DNA from: Bdellovibrionales bacterium
GTDB lineage: Bacteria; Bdellovibrionota; Bdellovibrionia; Bdellovibrionales; UBA1609
Length of the DNA: 64,000 bases
Direction: 5' to 3'
Assembly: GCA_965203095.1 (NCBI GenBank)
Contig: OZ241877.1
Coordinates: 1,623,642 to 1,687,641, forward strand
The position numbers and the translations under genes are program-made. The notes beneath the pieces are model-generated. The model ran no database searches, was not told where the DNA came from, and worked only from the letters and a program-made list of their open reading frames with translations. Positions 37,555 through 47,118 of the stretch are shown in pieces. Positions within the stretch are counted from its first letter, which is position 1. The number at the start of each line of letters is the position of its first letter.

Positions 37555-38550
37555 CTATAGACTTTCTTTGCTCTTCTCTTGAGGTTTTTTCCCGGCCATA
37601 AGAAGTTTTTGAACAATATTCTCACATCGGTTAATGGCCTTTTGTAAGTCTTTGATATGGCTTTTTTCTAAAGAAAGCTGATTGGGGATCTGTCTTTCAA
37701 TCGCGAATAAAAGGGCTTTGATTCCGGCAATGGGGTTGTTCAGCTCATGGGCGAGGCTCCCTTTAATCAGGCCCAGCTCTCTCTCATTGGCTTGGGCGGA
37801 GAGGCGAGCTTCCATAGCCATTTCCTCTGTCACATTTTTAATTAAAAACAAAAGTGCGGGAAAGCTCTCTTGTTTTAAAAAAATAGGCTTAAATGAGATT
37901 TCCCATAAAGAGGGATCATTATCAGATACTCCCTTAGTCAGCCATGATCCTTCTTCTTCCGGTGAGGGCATTTTTGCAGGGAAGGGAAAAAGCTCAAAAA
38001 GCTTTTGAACAGGTAGATACTGTTTTGATTTTTTGCTGATCTTTTTAAAAGACTGATTGGCCCGAAGAATTTTAAAATTTTTATCTGTAATGCAAAAAGC
38101 TTGAGGAAAAGAGTCAAAAGCTTGGCTCCATTCTTGTTTAAGGTGTTCTTTTTTTACTTTGCTCTCAATAAAATCAAGAGATCCTGCAATAAAACCAGCA
38201 ATTTTTTTTAAAAATTTTTTTTGACTTTGTGAAAATTTTTTAGACGAATAAAACAACAATGAGCCATAATGTGAGGTCGCATTTAAAGGGCAATCTATTT
38301 GAAACGGCCAGCTTTTTTCATTTTGAGGAAATTGAAAAAGATCTTTTCTCAACCAAGATGTATTAAAATTCCAACTCAGGTCATCAACTTCCAGCAGGTC
38401 TAAAAAACTTTTGCTTTTGAGCAGTAAAAGATCCTCTACTTTAGAAAAGCTATGTATTTTGAGCAGAGCTGTGTAAAGCCTTCTCTTTTTGGCAGAACGA
38501 GTTTTGTTTGATATGCCTTTTTTTTGTGCAAAATGAGAGGCTTTATTCAC
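37555..38550 (-). CDS. PAS/HisKA sensor fragment lacking a recognisable HATPase_c domain
   Basis: H-box GSLAHELNNPIAGI near the C-terminus. The ORF ends about 60 aa later with no N/G1/G2 ATP-binding boxes. Confidence 0.6.
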   Translation of the reverse strand: MNKASHFAQKKGISNKTRSAKKRRLYTALLKIHSFSKVEDLLLLKSKSFLDLLEVDDLSWNFNTSWLRKDLFQFPQNEKSWPFQIDCPLNATSHYGSLLFYSSKKFSQSQKKFLKKIAGFIAGSLDFIESKVKKEHLKQEWSQAFDSFPQAFCITDKNFKILRANQSFKKISKKSKQYLPVQKLFELFPFPAKMPSPEEEGSWLTKGVSDNDPSLWEISFKPIFLKQESFPALLFLIKNVTEEMAMEARLSAQANERELGLIKGSLAHELNNPIAGIKALLFAIERQIPNQLSLEKSHIKDLQKAINRCENIVQKLLMAGKKPQEKSKESL

Positions 38551-38635
38551 ATTAATAGAATAGCCTTTTTTTAAGAAAATCCAAAACCCGCCCGCTCTTA
38601 TTCTTGACCAAAGGGCAGGGCTTAAGGCAAAAATC

Positions 38636-38713
38636 CAGCTTTTTCGTGAAAAAAATACCTTATTATACTGGTTTGATTAAGTTTTGCCCTTTCCCTCTAA
38701 TCTCTATCTATAT
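38636..38713. repeat. composite repeat scar: collapsed MITE termini, IS630-TIR-like 15-mer, shared 19-mer
   Basis: GCTTTTTCGTGAAAAAAATACCTT. TATACTGGTTTGATT (38664-38678) is identical to the right TIR of the IS630 copy. CTCTAATCTCTATCTATAT (38695-38713) also occurs at 55216-55234. Confidence 0.6.
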
Positions 38714-38728
38714 TCAGCAAATGGAGCC

Positions 38729-38794
38729 TTAATTCATGTGGGTTTTAGAGCACTTGAAAAAAAGCTTTGACATTTCCAGACAATGAGCCGATAA
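38729..38794 (+). promoter_or_regulatory. conserved promoter box upstream of the small membrane protein gene
   Basis: It reads as TTGACA-N17-GATAAT (sigma70-like) and also contains GCCGATAA (38787-38794, sigma28-like -10). The ATG 38802 is only 7 nt downstream and has no SD. Confidence 0.45.
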
Positions 38795-38801
38795 TGAGTT
38801 T

Positions 38802-39068
38802 ATGGCAAGTTTTCTATCTTTTTTAAGCTCATTGGGATTCAGTTTTGAAAGCCTTTTTTTATTCATTATATTGATTCTATTTTACATAAAACTTGATCAT
38901 AAGATTGATCTTGTTTTTAAGCTTTTGAGTAAAGACATAGGTCACATAAAAGAGATTTTAAGCAATCACATGACAGACACAAATAAAAAAATTGATCAGC
39001 TGGACAATAAGTTTGATAAGAGGATTGATAAACTTGAGTCTAAAATTGAGCAGAACTTTAGGAAATAA
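38802..39068 (+). CDS. small membrane-anchored coiled-coil protein (paralog of 47119-47373)
   Basis: N-terminal TM (LFLFIILILFYI), then KDIGHIKEILSNHMTDTNKKIDQLDNKFDKRIDKLESKIE. Shares KDI..I...L.NH..DTNKKI..L...FD with the paralog. Confidence 0.55.
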   Translation: MASFLSFLSSLGFSFESLFLFIILILFYIKLDHKIDLVFKLLSKDIGHIKEILSNHMTDTNKKIDQLDNKFDKRIDKLESKIEQNFRK

Positions 39069-39124
39069 ACCCCCTTTTTAAATCCTCTATTTTTCCCTTG
39101 TTATAAGCTTTTTTAATAAAAAAT

Positions 39125-40009
39125 ATGAAACTTCAAATTCCAGCAGTTTATCAAAAAATTTTTGAGAATAAAATTTGCTTTTACTGTGGGTTGTTTATTG
39201 TCCTTGTCGGTCTTTGTGCTCTGTTTGCTGAGTGGATTGCCCCTTACCCTTTTTATGAGCAGTTTCCTGAAAGGGCACTCTCTCCTCCCTCAATTCAGCA
39301 CTATTTGGGAACAGATCATCTGGGAAGAGACCTTCTCTCTCGGATCATTTATGGGGCCAGAATTTCTATAGCCATAGGCTTAGGAACAGCCTTAATTTCC
39401 GGTTTTCTGGGTTTGTTTTATGGGTTGATTTCCGGATGGCTTGGGGGATGGCCTGATCGGATACTGATGCGTTTTATTGATATTATGTTTTCCATTCCCA
39501 CTTTAGTTCTTTTAATTTTAGTTAAGGTAATATTTGATTCTTTTATCCCCATACCTCATCCGGAACTGAAGGCTTTAGTGAGTGCTTTGGCCGCTTTAAG
39601 TTTAGTGAGCTGGGCCTCTTTAGCCCGTGTGGTTAGAGGTCAGGTTTTACAAGTGAAGGAAGATCTTTTTGTGGAATCCGCCAGAGCTGTGGGGGCGGGT
39701 GCTTTTCGAATGCTTTTTGTTCATGTTTTGCCCAATATAGTCGCTCCTATAATTATTATTTTGACTTTTCAAATTCCATCCAATATTTTGTTTGAGAGCA
39801 TGTTGAGCTTTTTAGGCTTGGGTCTAAAGCCCCCCTTTAGCAGTTGGGGGGTATTGGTGGATGAAGGTTGGCGATCTTTAAGCTTTTGCCCTCGCCTCAT
39901 AATTGCCCCCGGCCTTATGCTTTTTTTGACTGTGTTGGCTTTTAATCTTTTTGGAGATGGCTTGAGAGATATTTTGGACCCTAAAATGCAAAGTGTGCCA
40001 AGGGATTAA
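39125..40009 (+). CDS. Dpp/Opp-type ABC transporter permease (DppC/OppC-like)
   Basis: YLGTDHLGRDLLSRIIYGARISIAIG and six predicted TM segments. Confidence 0.85.
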   Translation: MKLQIPAVYQKIFENKICFYCGLFIVLVGLCALFAEWIAPYPFYEQFPERALSPPSIQHYLGTDHLGRDLLSRIIYGARISIAIGLGTALISGFLGLFYGLISGWLGGWPDRILMRFIDIMFSIPTLVLLILVKVIFDSFIPIPHPELKALVSALAALSLVSWASLARVVRGQVLQVKEDLFVESARAVGAGAFRMLFVHVLPNIVAPIIIILTFQIPSNILFESMLSFLGLGLKPPFSSWGVLVDEGWRSLSFCPRLIIAPGLMLFLTVLAFNLFGDGLRDILDPKMQSVPRD

Positions 40010-40040
40010 AGAATGAAAATTGGACAAGATGAGATTTTTT

Positions 40041-40070
40041 TTGACATTTTTTATTTTTATCTTTTATATA
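40041..40070 (+). promoter_or_regulatory. sigma70-like promoter candidate for the ankyrin gene
   Basis: TTGACA (40041-46), 17 nt, TTATAT. AGGAGG lies 6 nt before ATG 40093. Confidence 0.4.
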
Positions 40071-40092
40071 AAATGCTATTCAGGAGGTATTT

Positions 40093-40629
40093 ATGAATTT
40101 TAAATGGCTTTTGTTGTTTTTTTTAGGCTTTCATGCTACTGGGGAAGATTCTGCAAATTTTGTTACAAATTTTACTACTACTGAATTTTTTAAGCAAGCG
40201 ACTACTGGCGATTTTTGGACATTCAGCTCCTGGGTGGAAACTACAGGAGTCGATATCAATACTCAAGATAAAGAGGGCCGGACAGCTCTTCATCTGACCT
40301 CTAATGGGGATATAGTAAAGTTTTTGTTAGATAAAGGAGCGAAACCCAATATTCGAGATAATCAAGGTCAAACGCCCCTTCACCGTATTGTCTTTAGAGA
40401 CAACTTGAATCTTAGGTTGATAGATCTTTTGTTGGAAAGCGGAGCTGATCTCAACATTCAAGATAGAGATGGTCAAACTCCTATGCACTATTCTGCCTTA
40501 AGAGGAGATACAGATTGGTTGTTTCATATTTTGAATCAAAGAGAAGAAGCAAATCTCAATATTCGAGATAAATTTGGCAAAACACCTGAGGAATATATTA
40601 CAACAGATTGCAGAGGATCTTTTATGTAG
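40093..40629 (+). CDS. secreted ankyrin-repeat protein
   Basis: Signal peptide MNFKWLLLFFLGFHATG. ANK units DKEGRTALHLTS..., DNQGQTPLHRIV..., DRDGQTPMHYSALRG.... Confidence 0.8.
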   Translation: MNFKWLLLFFLGFHATGEDSANFVTNFTTTEFFKQATTGDFWTFSSWVETTGVDINTQDKEGRTALHLTSNGDIVKFLLDKGAKPNIRDNQGQTPLHRIVFRDNLNLRLIDLLLESGADLNIQDRDGQTPMHYSALRGDTDWLFHILNQREEANLNIRDKFGKTPEEYITTDCRGSFM

Positions 40630-40643
40630 ACACAAGTGGCTTT

Positions 40644-40689
40644 AAAAAACCAGTTCATCATTTTAAAATGAATAAGCTGTGGTTTTTTT
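40644..40689 (+). terminator. imperfect long hairpin with A-tract/T-tract flanks after the ankyrin gene
   Basis: AAAAAACCAGTTCATCATTTT / AAAATGAATAAGCTGTGGTTTTTTT, with several mismatches or bulges. Confidence 0.35.
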
Positions 40690-40734
40690 CATTGGAGGAC
40701 CCGGACAGGAAAGATATTTTAAGCAGAGTTTTTT

Positions 40735-40811
40735 GCGGGTGTAGCTCAGCTGGCTAGAGTGCAACCTTGCCAAGGTTGAGGCCGAGGGTTCGAATCCCTT
40801 CACCCGCTCCA
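40735..40811 (+). tRNA. tRNA-Gly (anticodon GCC), CCA encoded
   Basis: Hand-folded cloverleaf: acceptor GCGGGTG/CACCCGC, D stem GCTC/GAGT, anticodon stem CAACC/GGTTG with loop TTGCCAA, T arm GAGGG-TTCGAAT-CCCTT, discriminator T, CCA. Confidence 0.9.
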
Positions 40812-40853
40812 TTTTTCAAACCTCAATGTTTGCAGGAAAAATACCTTAAATTT

Positions 40854-42167
40854 TCATAGCCATTCTTTTATTGGATTTTTTATAGAGCTTATTTTTTTTT
40901 GAATAAGCTCTTGGATAGTTTTTTGATTTTGAGTTTGCAAGCCAGAAAATGTTTCTTTCATAAGGCTGGAAAGAATCAAATTAAAAGCTTTAAAAGGATC
41001 TATTCCTCTGGATTGTAGGTAAAAGGCCAGCTCTTGGCTCTCTGTTGAAGGGGATACTGTGGCCCCATGGCGAGCCTGAACATTATCCGCCGATATATCT
41101 AATTCCGGAAAAGCCACAGCCATAGCCCGATGGCCAAATAAAAAATTTTGACTCAACTGCTCAGTGTCGGATTGCTGAGCTTTTTTTTGTATAGAGACAG
41201 AGCTTTGGAATATTTGTCGGGCCGAATCCAAAAGAAAAGATTTGTAAATTTGACGACTTTTCCCCTTTTCCCCCTGAAGTGTGGCGGTCACATTGTGATC
41301 GGCATACTGCGACCCTTCAAGAAGACTTAAACCATTCACTTCTGAAGATGACTTCTCTGCTTGATCAACAGCACTCAGCCATCGGCTAATGCTCGCATTT
41401 AAACTCAGTGAAAAAAAACAGGCTTTGGCCCCTGGAGACAGGTGGGCAAAAAGCTGGTTTATCAGCATATCTTGCTCTCCCATCTGATCTGTTCGAATAT
41501 GCTCTAATTGAGCTTTATCCCCTATATAACTGTCGGTTTGCATGTTTAAAAATAGAGGCTTTTTGTCCGGTCGGCTATAAAACAGCTCCACAATTTGAGC
41601 TTGAGCATTGTTTTCTAAAAAAATAAAATTTCTCAAATTCAAAGCTTGTGAGTTTTTAAGGCTGTTTTGAGTGTAATGAATTTCCAAAGGCTGTTTTAAG
41701 TTTTTTCTAATAATGAGGATCCAACCATGAGGATAAAAAGCATTGCTTAAGTGGCAAAAGGGGTTTCGTTGTTTTTTTAAAGTGCTGTGTATTTTTCCCC
41801 TTACAGAAGATTCCAGTTTTGTTTGAGAGGAGTAAAAATCTCTCCAAGGACAAAGCAAAATGTCTTTTTCCTTTGAGAATGAGGGGAAAGGCTCACCATT
41901 TTGAACAGAGATCACCAGGGAAGAGGGGTTTACCGGAGAAAGGCTTTTTTTAGCTAAAGGCAGTTTAACTGCTTCAAAAACAAAATTTTGCCTCATCATT
42001 TTTTGGAAAGGGAAATGCCTCCAGCTTTCTTTTTTTTTAGAGAAAAAATCCAGCTGTTTCAAATAAAGTTGTGATTGTGTTTCAAAAAGATTCGGGACTT
42101 CTTTTTTTGAGGGAAAAGTAAGCCAGCCCTTTTTAAATTCTGCTTGTGTTTTAGGAAAGCCAATCAT
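40854..42167 (-). CDS. sufD: Fe-S cluster assembly protein SufD
   Basis: Position after sufB-sufC. C-terminal SufB/D-type region (...RHGATVSPSTESQELAFYLQSRGIDPFKAFNLI...). Start set at ATG 42167, which still overlaps sufC by 17 nt. Confidence 0.8.
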   Translation of the reverse strand: MIGFPKTQAEFKKGWLTFPSKKEVPNLFETQSQLYLKQLDFFSKKKESWRHFPFQKMMRQNFVFEAVKLPLAKKSLSPVNPSSLVISVQNGEPFPSFSKEKDILLCPWRDFYSSQTKLESSVRGKIHSTLKKQRNPFCHLSNAFYPHGWILIIRKNLKQPLEIHYTQNSLKNSQALNLRNFIFLENNAQAQIVELFYSRPDKKPLFLNMQTDSYIGDKAQLEHIRTDQMGEQDMLINQLFAHLSPGAKACFFSLSLNASISRWLSAVDQAEKSSSEVNGLSLLEGSQYADHNVTATLQGEKGKSRQIYKSFLLDSARQIFQSSVSIQKKAQQSDTEQLSQNFLFGHRAMAVAFPELDISADNVQARHGATVSPSTESQELAFYLQSRGIDPFKAFNLILSSLMKETFSGLQTQNQKTIQELIQKKISSIKNPIKEWL

Positions 42168-42900
42168 AGCCTTGTGCTGAAATTTTTTTTGAGAGAGATT
42201 GATCACCACTCTTTTTAATTTGCCCATCAATCATTATATGAACAAAGTCCGGCGGGACCAACTCCAACAAATGATGATAGTGGGTAATGATAAGCAAGCT
42301 TTTATCTTTAGACCGGAACTGATTTAAGCCCTTAGCCATTTTTTGAATGGAATCCACATCCAATCCCGAATCGGTTTCGTCTAAAATGGATAAACGAGGG
42401 GAGAGAAGTAATATTTGCAGGATTTCGTTTTGCTTTTTTTCCCCCCCGGAAAAGCCTTCGTTGAGGTTTCGTTTTAAAAAATCCTCATTTATCCCTAAAC
42501 TTTTGGTTTTTTGGAAAAGCAGTTTTTCAAAATCTTTGTCAGACATAGCGGGAATGCCCTGTTGCTTGCATATAGAGTTAAAGGCTGTTTTTAAAAACTC
42601 CATATTATTTAAACCGGGAACCTCTACAGGATATTGAAAGGCCATAAATATTCCCTCTTTGGCCCGATCGGAAACAGTTAAGGACAATAGGTCTTTTTCC
42701 TTCCAATGAGTTTCATATAAAACCCGACCATCTGAAATCTCATACCGAGGATCCCCGGCCAGAATTTTAGCTAAAGTGCTTTTCCCGGAACCGTTAGGCC
42801 CCATGATGGCATGGGTTTCCCCTTCTTTTATTTGCAAATCAATCCCTTTTAAAATAGGTTCTCCCTCTATATTAACCTTTAAATTTTGAATTTTTAACAT
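42151..42900 (-). CDS. sufC: Fe-S cluster assembly ATPase SufC
   Basis: MLKIQNLKV..., Walker A GPNGSGKST, signature FSGGEKK, Walker B LSILDETDSGLD. ATG 42900 is preferred over TTG 42915. Confidence 0.95.
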   Translation of the reverse strand: MLKIQNLKVNIEGEPILKGIDLQIKEGETHAIMGPNGSGKSTLAKILAGDPRYEISDGRVLYETHWKEKDLLSLTVSDRAKEGIFMAFQYPVEVPGLNNMEFLKTAFNSICKQQGIPAMSDKDFEKLLFQKTKSLGINEDFLKRNLNEGFSGGEKKQNEILQILLLSPRLSILDETDSGLDVDSIQKMAKGLNQFRSKDKSLLIITHYHHLLELVPPDFVHIMIDGQIKKSGDQSLSKKISAQGYDWLS

Positions 42901-42907
42901 GAAAGTT

Positions 42908-44329
42908 TCAACCAATGCTGTTTTCTAACTTCATTTCAATCAGCTTGACGGCTTCTACGGAAAACTCCAAAGGCAGTTGTTTAAAAACCTCTTTACAAAA
43001 GCCATTGACGATTAAAGAGACAGCCTGCTCTGCACTCAAGCCTCTGGATTGCAGGTAAAAAAGCTGTTCTTCACTTAAGCGAGAGGTAGAGGCTTCGTGC
43101 TCTACAATGGCTGAGGGGTTTTGGGCTGAAATTATAGGGAGAGTTTTCGCTTTAGCCGAATCTCCCACTAACATGGAATCGCATTGGCTGTAATTCCTGG
43201 CCCCTTTAGCTGAGGAATGAATTTTGACAAGGCCCCTATAAGCATTAACCGACTCGTTAGAGGAAATCCCTTTGGACAAGATAAGGCTTTTTGTATTTTT
43301 GCCCAAGTGAATCATTTTTGTTCCCGTATCGGCTTGCATTTTATCATGTGTAAGGGCTACAGAATAAAAACGACCCTCCGAACGATCGCCTTTTAAAATA
43401 CAGCTGGGATATTTCCATGTAATGGCAGAGCCAGCTTCTACTTGTGTCCATGAAATTTTGGAATCACTTCCCTGGCAAAGCCCTCTTTTAGTGACAAAGT
43501 TATAAACGCCCCCTCGGCCCTCTTTATTTCCGGAATACCAGTTTTGGACAGTGGAATATCTGATCTCTGCCCTGTGTTTAGCAATAAGCTCCACCACGGC
43601 TGCATGAAGTTGATTGTTGTCGCGGATAGGGGCTGTGCAACCTTCCAGATAGTTGACATAAGAGCCTTCCTCAGCAATGAGTAAAGTTCTTTCAAATTGC
43701 CCTGTTTCCCCCTGATTGATACGAAAGTAAGTGGAGAGATCTAAAGGGCAACGAGTGTTTTTAGGGATAAAGCAAAACGAACCATCTGTCCAAACCGCAC
43801 TGTTCAGGCAGGCAAAAAAGTTATCTTTATAGGGGACTACAGTGCCGATATATTTTTTCACTAACTGAGGATGATTTTGGATAGCTGAGGAGATGGAACA
43901 AAAAATAATACCTAATTTTTTCAATTTGTCTTCATGAGTTGTGGCGATGGAGACACTGTCAAAAACAGCATCCACAGCCACCCCGGCCAGCCTTTTTTGT
44001 TCTGAAAGGGGAATGCCTAACTTTTCAAAAGTCTCTAAAAGGCGAGGATCCACCTCATCCATGCTGGAGAGTTTTTTTTGAGGGGCTGGGGCCGAGTAAT
44101 ACCTCATATCCTGATAGTTAATGGGTGGGTATTTGAGCTTAGCCCAGTCCGGCTCTTTCATGTTGAGCCACTGCCTATAGGCTTTTATCCTCAAATCCAA
44201 AACCCAATGAGGTTCTTTTTTTTTGGCAGAGAGAGCCTCTATGATTCCTTCGTTTAAGCCCTTAGGCAGGCTGTCTGAAGGGACATCACTTACAAAACCG
44301 TATTTGTATTCTTTTTGTTGAGCTGACAT
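42908..44329 (-). CDS. sufB: Fe-S cluster assembly scaffold SufB
   Basis: YKYGFVSD..., ...[12 protein letters not shown]..., [22 protein letters not shown]. Confidence 0.95.
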   Translation of the reverse strand: MSAQQKEYKYGFVSDVPSDSLPKGLNEGIIEALSAKKKEPHWVLDLRIKAYRQWLNMKEPDWAKLKYPPINYQDMRYYSAPAPQKKLSSMDEVDPRLLETFEKLGIPLSEQKRLAGVAVDAVFDSVSIATTHEDKLKKLGIIFCSISSAIQNHPQLVKKYIGTVVPYKDNFFACLNSAVWTDGSFCFIPKNTRCPLDLSTYFRINQGETGQFERTLLIAEEGSYVNYLEGCTAPIRDNNQLHAAVVELIAKHRAEIRYSTVQNWYSGNKEGRGGVYNFVTKRGLCQGSDSKISWTQVEAGSAITWKYPSCILKGDRSEGRFYSVALTHDKMQADTGTKMIHLGKNTKSLILSKGISSNESVNAYRGLVKIHSSAKGARNYSQCDSMLVGDSAKAKTLPIISAQNPSAIVEHEASTSRLSEEQLFYLQSRGLSAEQAVSLIVNGFCKEVFKQLPLEFSVEAVKLIEMKLENSIG

Positions 44330-44403
44330 ATTTCTCTTCCATTATAATAAAGAGGGAAAGCCTAAGCCTCTATTATTAAATACAGGCTTTTTCACAGTTT
44401 ATT

Positions 44404-44431
44404 ATTATATGAGCTTTTGAAGAATAGTCAA
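44404..44431 (-). promoter_or_regulatory. sigma70-like promoter candidate for sufBCD
   Basis: The minus strand reads TTGACT, 16 nt, TATAAT, about 75 nt upstream of the sufB ATG. Confidence 0.4.
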
Positions 44432-44456
44432 ACATTCATTTATAAAAACTAAAAGC

Positions 44457-47084
44457 TCAGTTGTGCTGGGCCATAAACCAATTTTTTCCTATGGATAGAT
44501 TCACTTTTAAAGGGACAGTCAAAACTTCGTTTTTTTCCATAATAGGGACAATCTCTTGAGATTCGGCCATGACTTGCTCTGTAGGGCATTCAAATAAAAG
44601 CTCATCATGTATTTGGGACAAAATGGGAATGGGCAAACTCTCATTGAGGGCAATCATGGCTTTTTTTATTAAGTCGCTGGCTGTCCCTTGTAAAGGGGCG
44701 TTAATACCCGCTCGCTCCACAGCCGCTCTTCTCCTTGGATTTTGCAAATCCGCTGGCCGGAAAAACCGTTTTCGCCCATAAAGGCTTTGAACATAGTTTT
44801 TTTTAGGCAATTCCTCCTTTGTCGTTTCAATATAATCCTTAATTTTTTTAAATTTTTTAAAGTAATTTTCTATAATCTCTTTGGCCTCTGATCGAGGGAT
44901 GGAAAGGCTTTCCGAAAGGCCATAAGCCCCTTGCCCATAAGCAATACCAAAATTTACCGCTTTGCTTTTCCTTCTCAAATCAGAAGAGAGATCCTTTAAA
45001 GGCACATTAAAGATCTCACTGGCTGTGATAGCATGAATATCTAAATCCTCCTCAAAGGCTTTGCAGAGGCTTTCGTCCTTTGTGATATGGGCCAAAATAC
45101 GGAGTTCCACTTGAGAATAATCCGCACAGATGAGGCTATTCCCCTCCTGAGCCAAAAAAGCCTTTCGGATCAACTGGCCCCTTTGCGTGCGAAGGGGAAT
45201 ATTTTGCAAATTGGGCTTTAAGCTGGAAAGTCGCCCTGTCACAGTGCCTGCTTGCCGGAAGTTTGTGTAGATTCGCCCTGTTTTTTCATCCCTGAGGGAG
45301 AGGAGGTTGTTTGTATAAGTGCTCTTTAGTTTAAAAAGCTCTCTGTGTTCTAAAATCAGAGGTAAAATAGGGTGAAGGTTTCTGATTTTTAAAAGTTCAT
45401 GGCCATCTGTAGAATAGCCCGTTTTAATTTTTCGCCCTCGTGGAAGATTTAGTTTTGTAAACAAAACTTCATTCAACTGCTTATGGCTTAAGAGGTTAAA
45501 CTTCTCTCCCGCCAGTTTGTGAATTTGAAACTCTAACTCCTCAATGTCCCGTCCCAAGCTTGTGGATTGCTTTTCAATCTCCTTAAAATCTAAAAGAAGG
45601 CCCTGCCTTTCCATATCATATAAAACGGCGATAAGGGGCAACTCTATGTCTTCAAAAAGAGTGAGCATCTCCTCTTTTTGAAGGGATAGGAAAAGTTTTT
45701 CCCTCAGTTTTTGTTGGTAAAACAAAGTTTGAGGGAGGTTTGGATCCTCTTCTTCCGGAATATTCAGATGGATCTGGAAAAGGCTTTTAAGCGAAGGAGT
45801 GACTGCGGAATTTATAAGATGCCCGGCAATCATGGAATCCCATTCCGCTACAGGGTGCTCAATTTTTAGTTTTTTCCAAAGAAACTTTAAGTCATGACCA
45901 GAGTAGCGGACCCACTTATAGTCCAAAAAATCAGCCCAACTTTTAAGCTCTCCTGCTGTTAACAAAACAAAATATTTCCCATAGCTGAGGTAAAGCTGAT
46001 TTTGGTATTCGCCTATTCCAACGGAGCTATAAGGAGGCAATTTATTTTTAAAATCCTCCACTGCCTGTTGTTTCATTTTGAAGGTTTTTGGTTCTTGTTT
46101 TGATGAGTTGTTTTGAGACACAAGAACCAGTCTTTTAGGCTCCTTATAAGAGCCTTCTAAGGGTTTAGGCGACTCGGTTTTGACCGGAAAAAAATCCCTC
46201 ATAAAGGACTTAAAACCCAGTTCTTCCAAAAAACTCTTAAGGGCTTGTTTACAGCTCAAGGACAGTTCGGAGATAGGCACTCGCCGGGTATCCTCTATAT
46301 CCCTATCCCAAACAATATCCGCCTTTAAGGATATAAGCTGGCGAGACAAAAAGGCATTTTCCCGATCTTTCACAAGTTTTTTTCTAAGAGCTGGCTGAAG
46401 GTAATCAATGTGCTTGTAAATCCCCTCTAAGTTGTTGTAACTTTTTAGGAGTTGGCAGGCCCCTTTAGGCCCAATGCCCTTCACTCCGGGAATATTGTCA
46501 CTGGAATCTCCTGTTAAGGAGAGATAATCTTGCATTTGCAGGGGGCTGAGTCCCCATTTTTCCTCCACACCGGAGGGGTCGTAAATGATCTCTTTCATTG
46601 TGTCATAAAGAAAAACATGGGAATCCACTAATTGAGCGAAATCTTTATCCCCACTGACAATATAGATCTGCCAGCCTTTGCCTTTACTGATATGGGTTAA
46701 AGAGGCGATAAGGTCGTCTGCCTCAAACCCCGGCTTTTCCCAAAAAGGGATGCTTAGGCAGTTCATCATTTTTTTTAAATAGGGGACTTGAACTTCTAAA
46801 TCTTCCGGCATTTCCCCCCGATGGGCTTTATATGCCGGGTAAATTTGTTTTCTAAAAGAAGGAGTTTTGCTGTCAAAACAGGATACAATATAGTCTGGAG
46901 CTTTTTTCCGGCAGAGTTGTTGAATCATTTTTAAAACCCCATAAAGAGCATTTGTGGGTTGGCCTTTTTCGTTTTTCATGTTTGTGGGGATGGCGTAATA
47001 GGATCGAAAAAACAAAGAGCTGATATCTATCAGGTAAAGTGAGGGGTTAAAAGAGACTAACTTCATCCTATAAAAACTACTCAA
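44457..47084 (-). CDS. polA: DNA polymerase I
   Basis: 5' nuclease (LIDISSLFFRSYYA, GDSSDNIPGVKGIGPK). Pol motifs RRKSKAVNFGIAYG and SQIHDELLFE. I could not find the ExoI DxE motif. The start may be ATG 47066. Confidence 0.9.
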   Translation of the reverse strand: MSSFYRMKLVSFNPSLYLIDISSLFFRSYYAIPTNMKNEKGQPTNALYGVLKMIQQLCRKKAPDYIVSCFDSKTPSFRKQIYPAYKAHRGEMPEDLEVQVPYLKKMMNCLSIPFWEKPGFEADDLIASLTHISKGKGWQIYIVSGDKDFAQLVDSHVFLYDTMKEIIYDPSGVEEKWGLSPLQMQDYLSLTGDSSDNIPGVKGIGPKGACQLLKSYNNLEGIYKHIDYLQPALRKKLVKDRENAFLSRQLISLKADIVWDRDIEDTRRVPISELSLSCKQALKSFLEELGFKSFMRDFFPVKTESPKPLEGSYKEPKRLVLVSQNNSSKQEPKTFKMKQQAVEDFKNKLPPYSSVGIGEYQNQLYLSYGKYFVLLTAGELKSWADFLDYKWVRYSGHDLKFLWKKLKIEHPVAEWDSMIAGHLINSAVTPSLKSLFQIHLNIPEEEDPNLPQTLFYQQKLREKLFLSLQKEEMLTLFEDIELPLIAVLYDMERQGLLLDFKEIEKQSTSLGRDIEELEFQIHKLAGEKFNLLSHKQLNEVLFTKLNLPRGRKIKTGYSTDGHELLKIRNLHPILPLILEHRELFKLKSTYTNNLLSLRDEKTGRIYTNFRQAGTVTGRLSSLKPNLQNIPLRTQRGQLIRKAFLAQEGNSLICADYSQVELRILAHITKDESLCKAFEEDLDIHAITASEIFNVPLKDLSSDLRRKSKAVNFGIAYGQGAYGLSESLSIPRSEAKEIIENYFKKFKKIKDYIETTKEELPKKNYVQSLYGRKRFFRPADLQNPRRRAAVERAGINAPLQGTASDLIKKAMIALNESLPIPILSQIHDELLFECPTEQVMAESQEIVPIMEKNEVLTVPLKVNLSIGKNWFMAQHN

Positions 47085-47118
47085 CTCAGACGATAAAGAA
47101 CAGAGTTGTCTCTTAGTG

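Noticed and set aside
44457-47084. Apparent absence of the 3'-5' exonuclease ExoI (DxE) motif in PolA
   Set aside because: Exonuclease-deficient Pol I proteins are common in bacteria. The call rests on by-eye alignment only and is not pursued as a finding.
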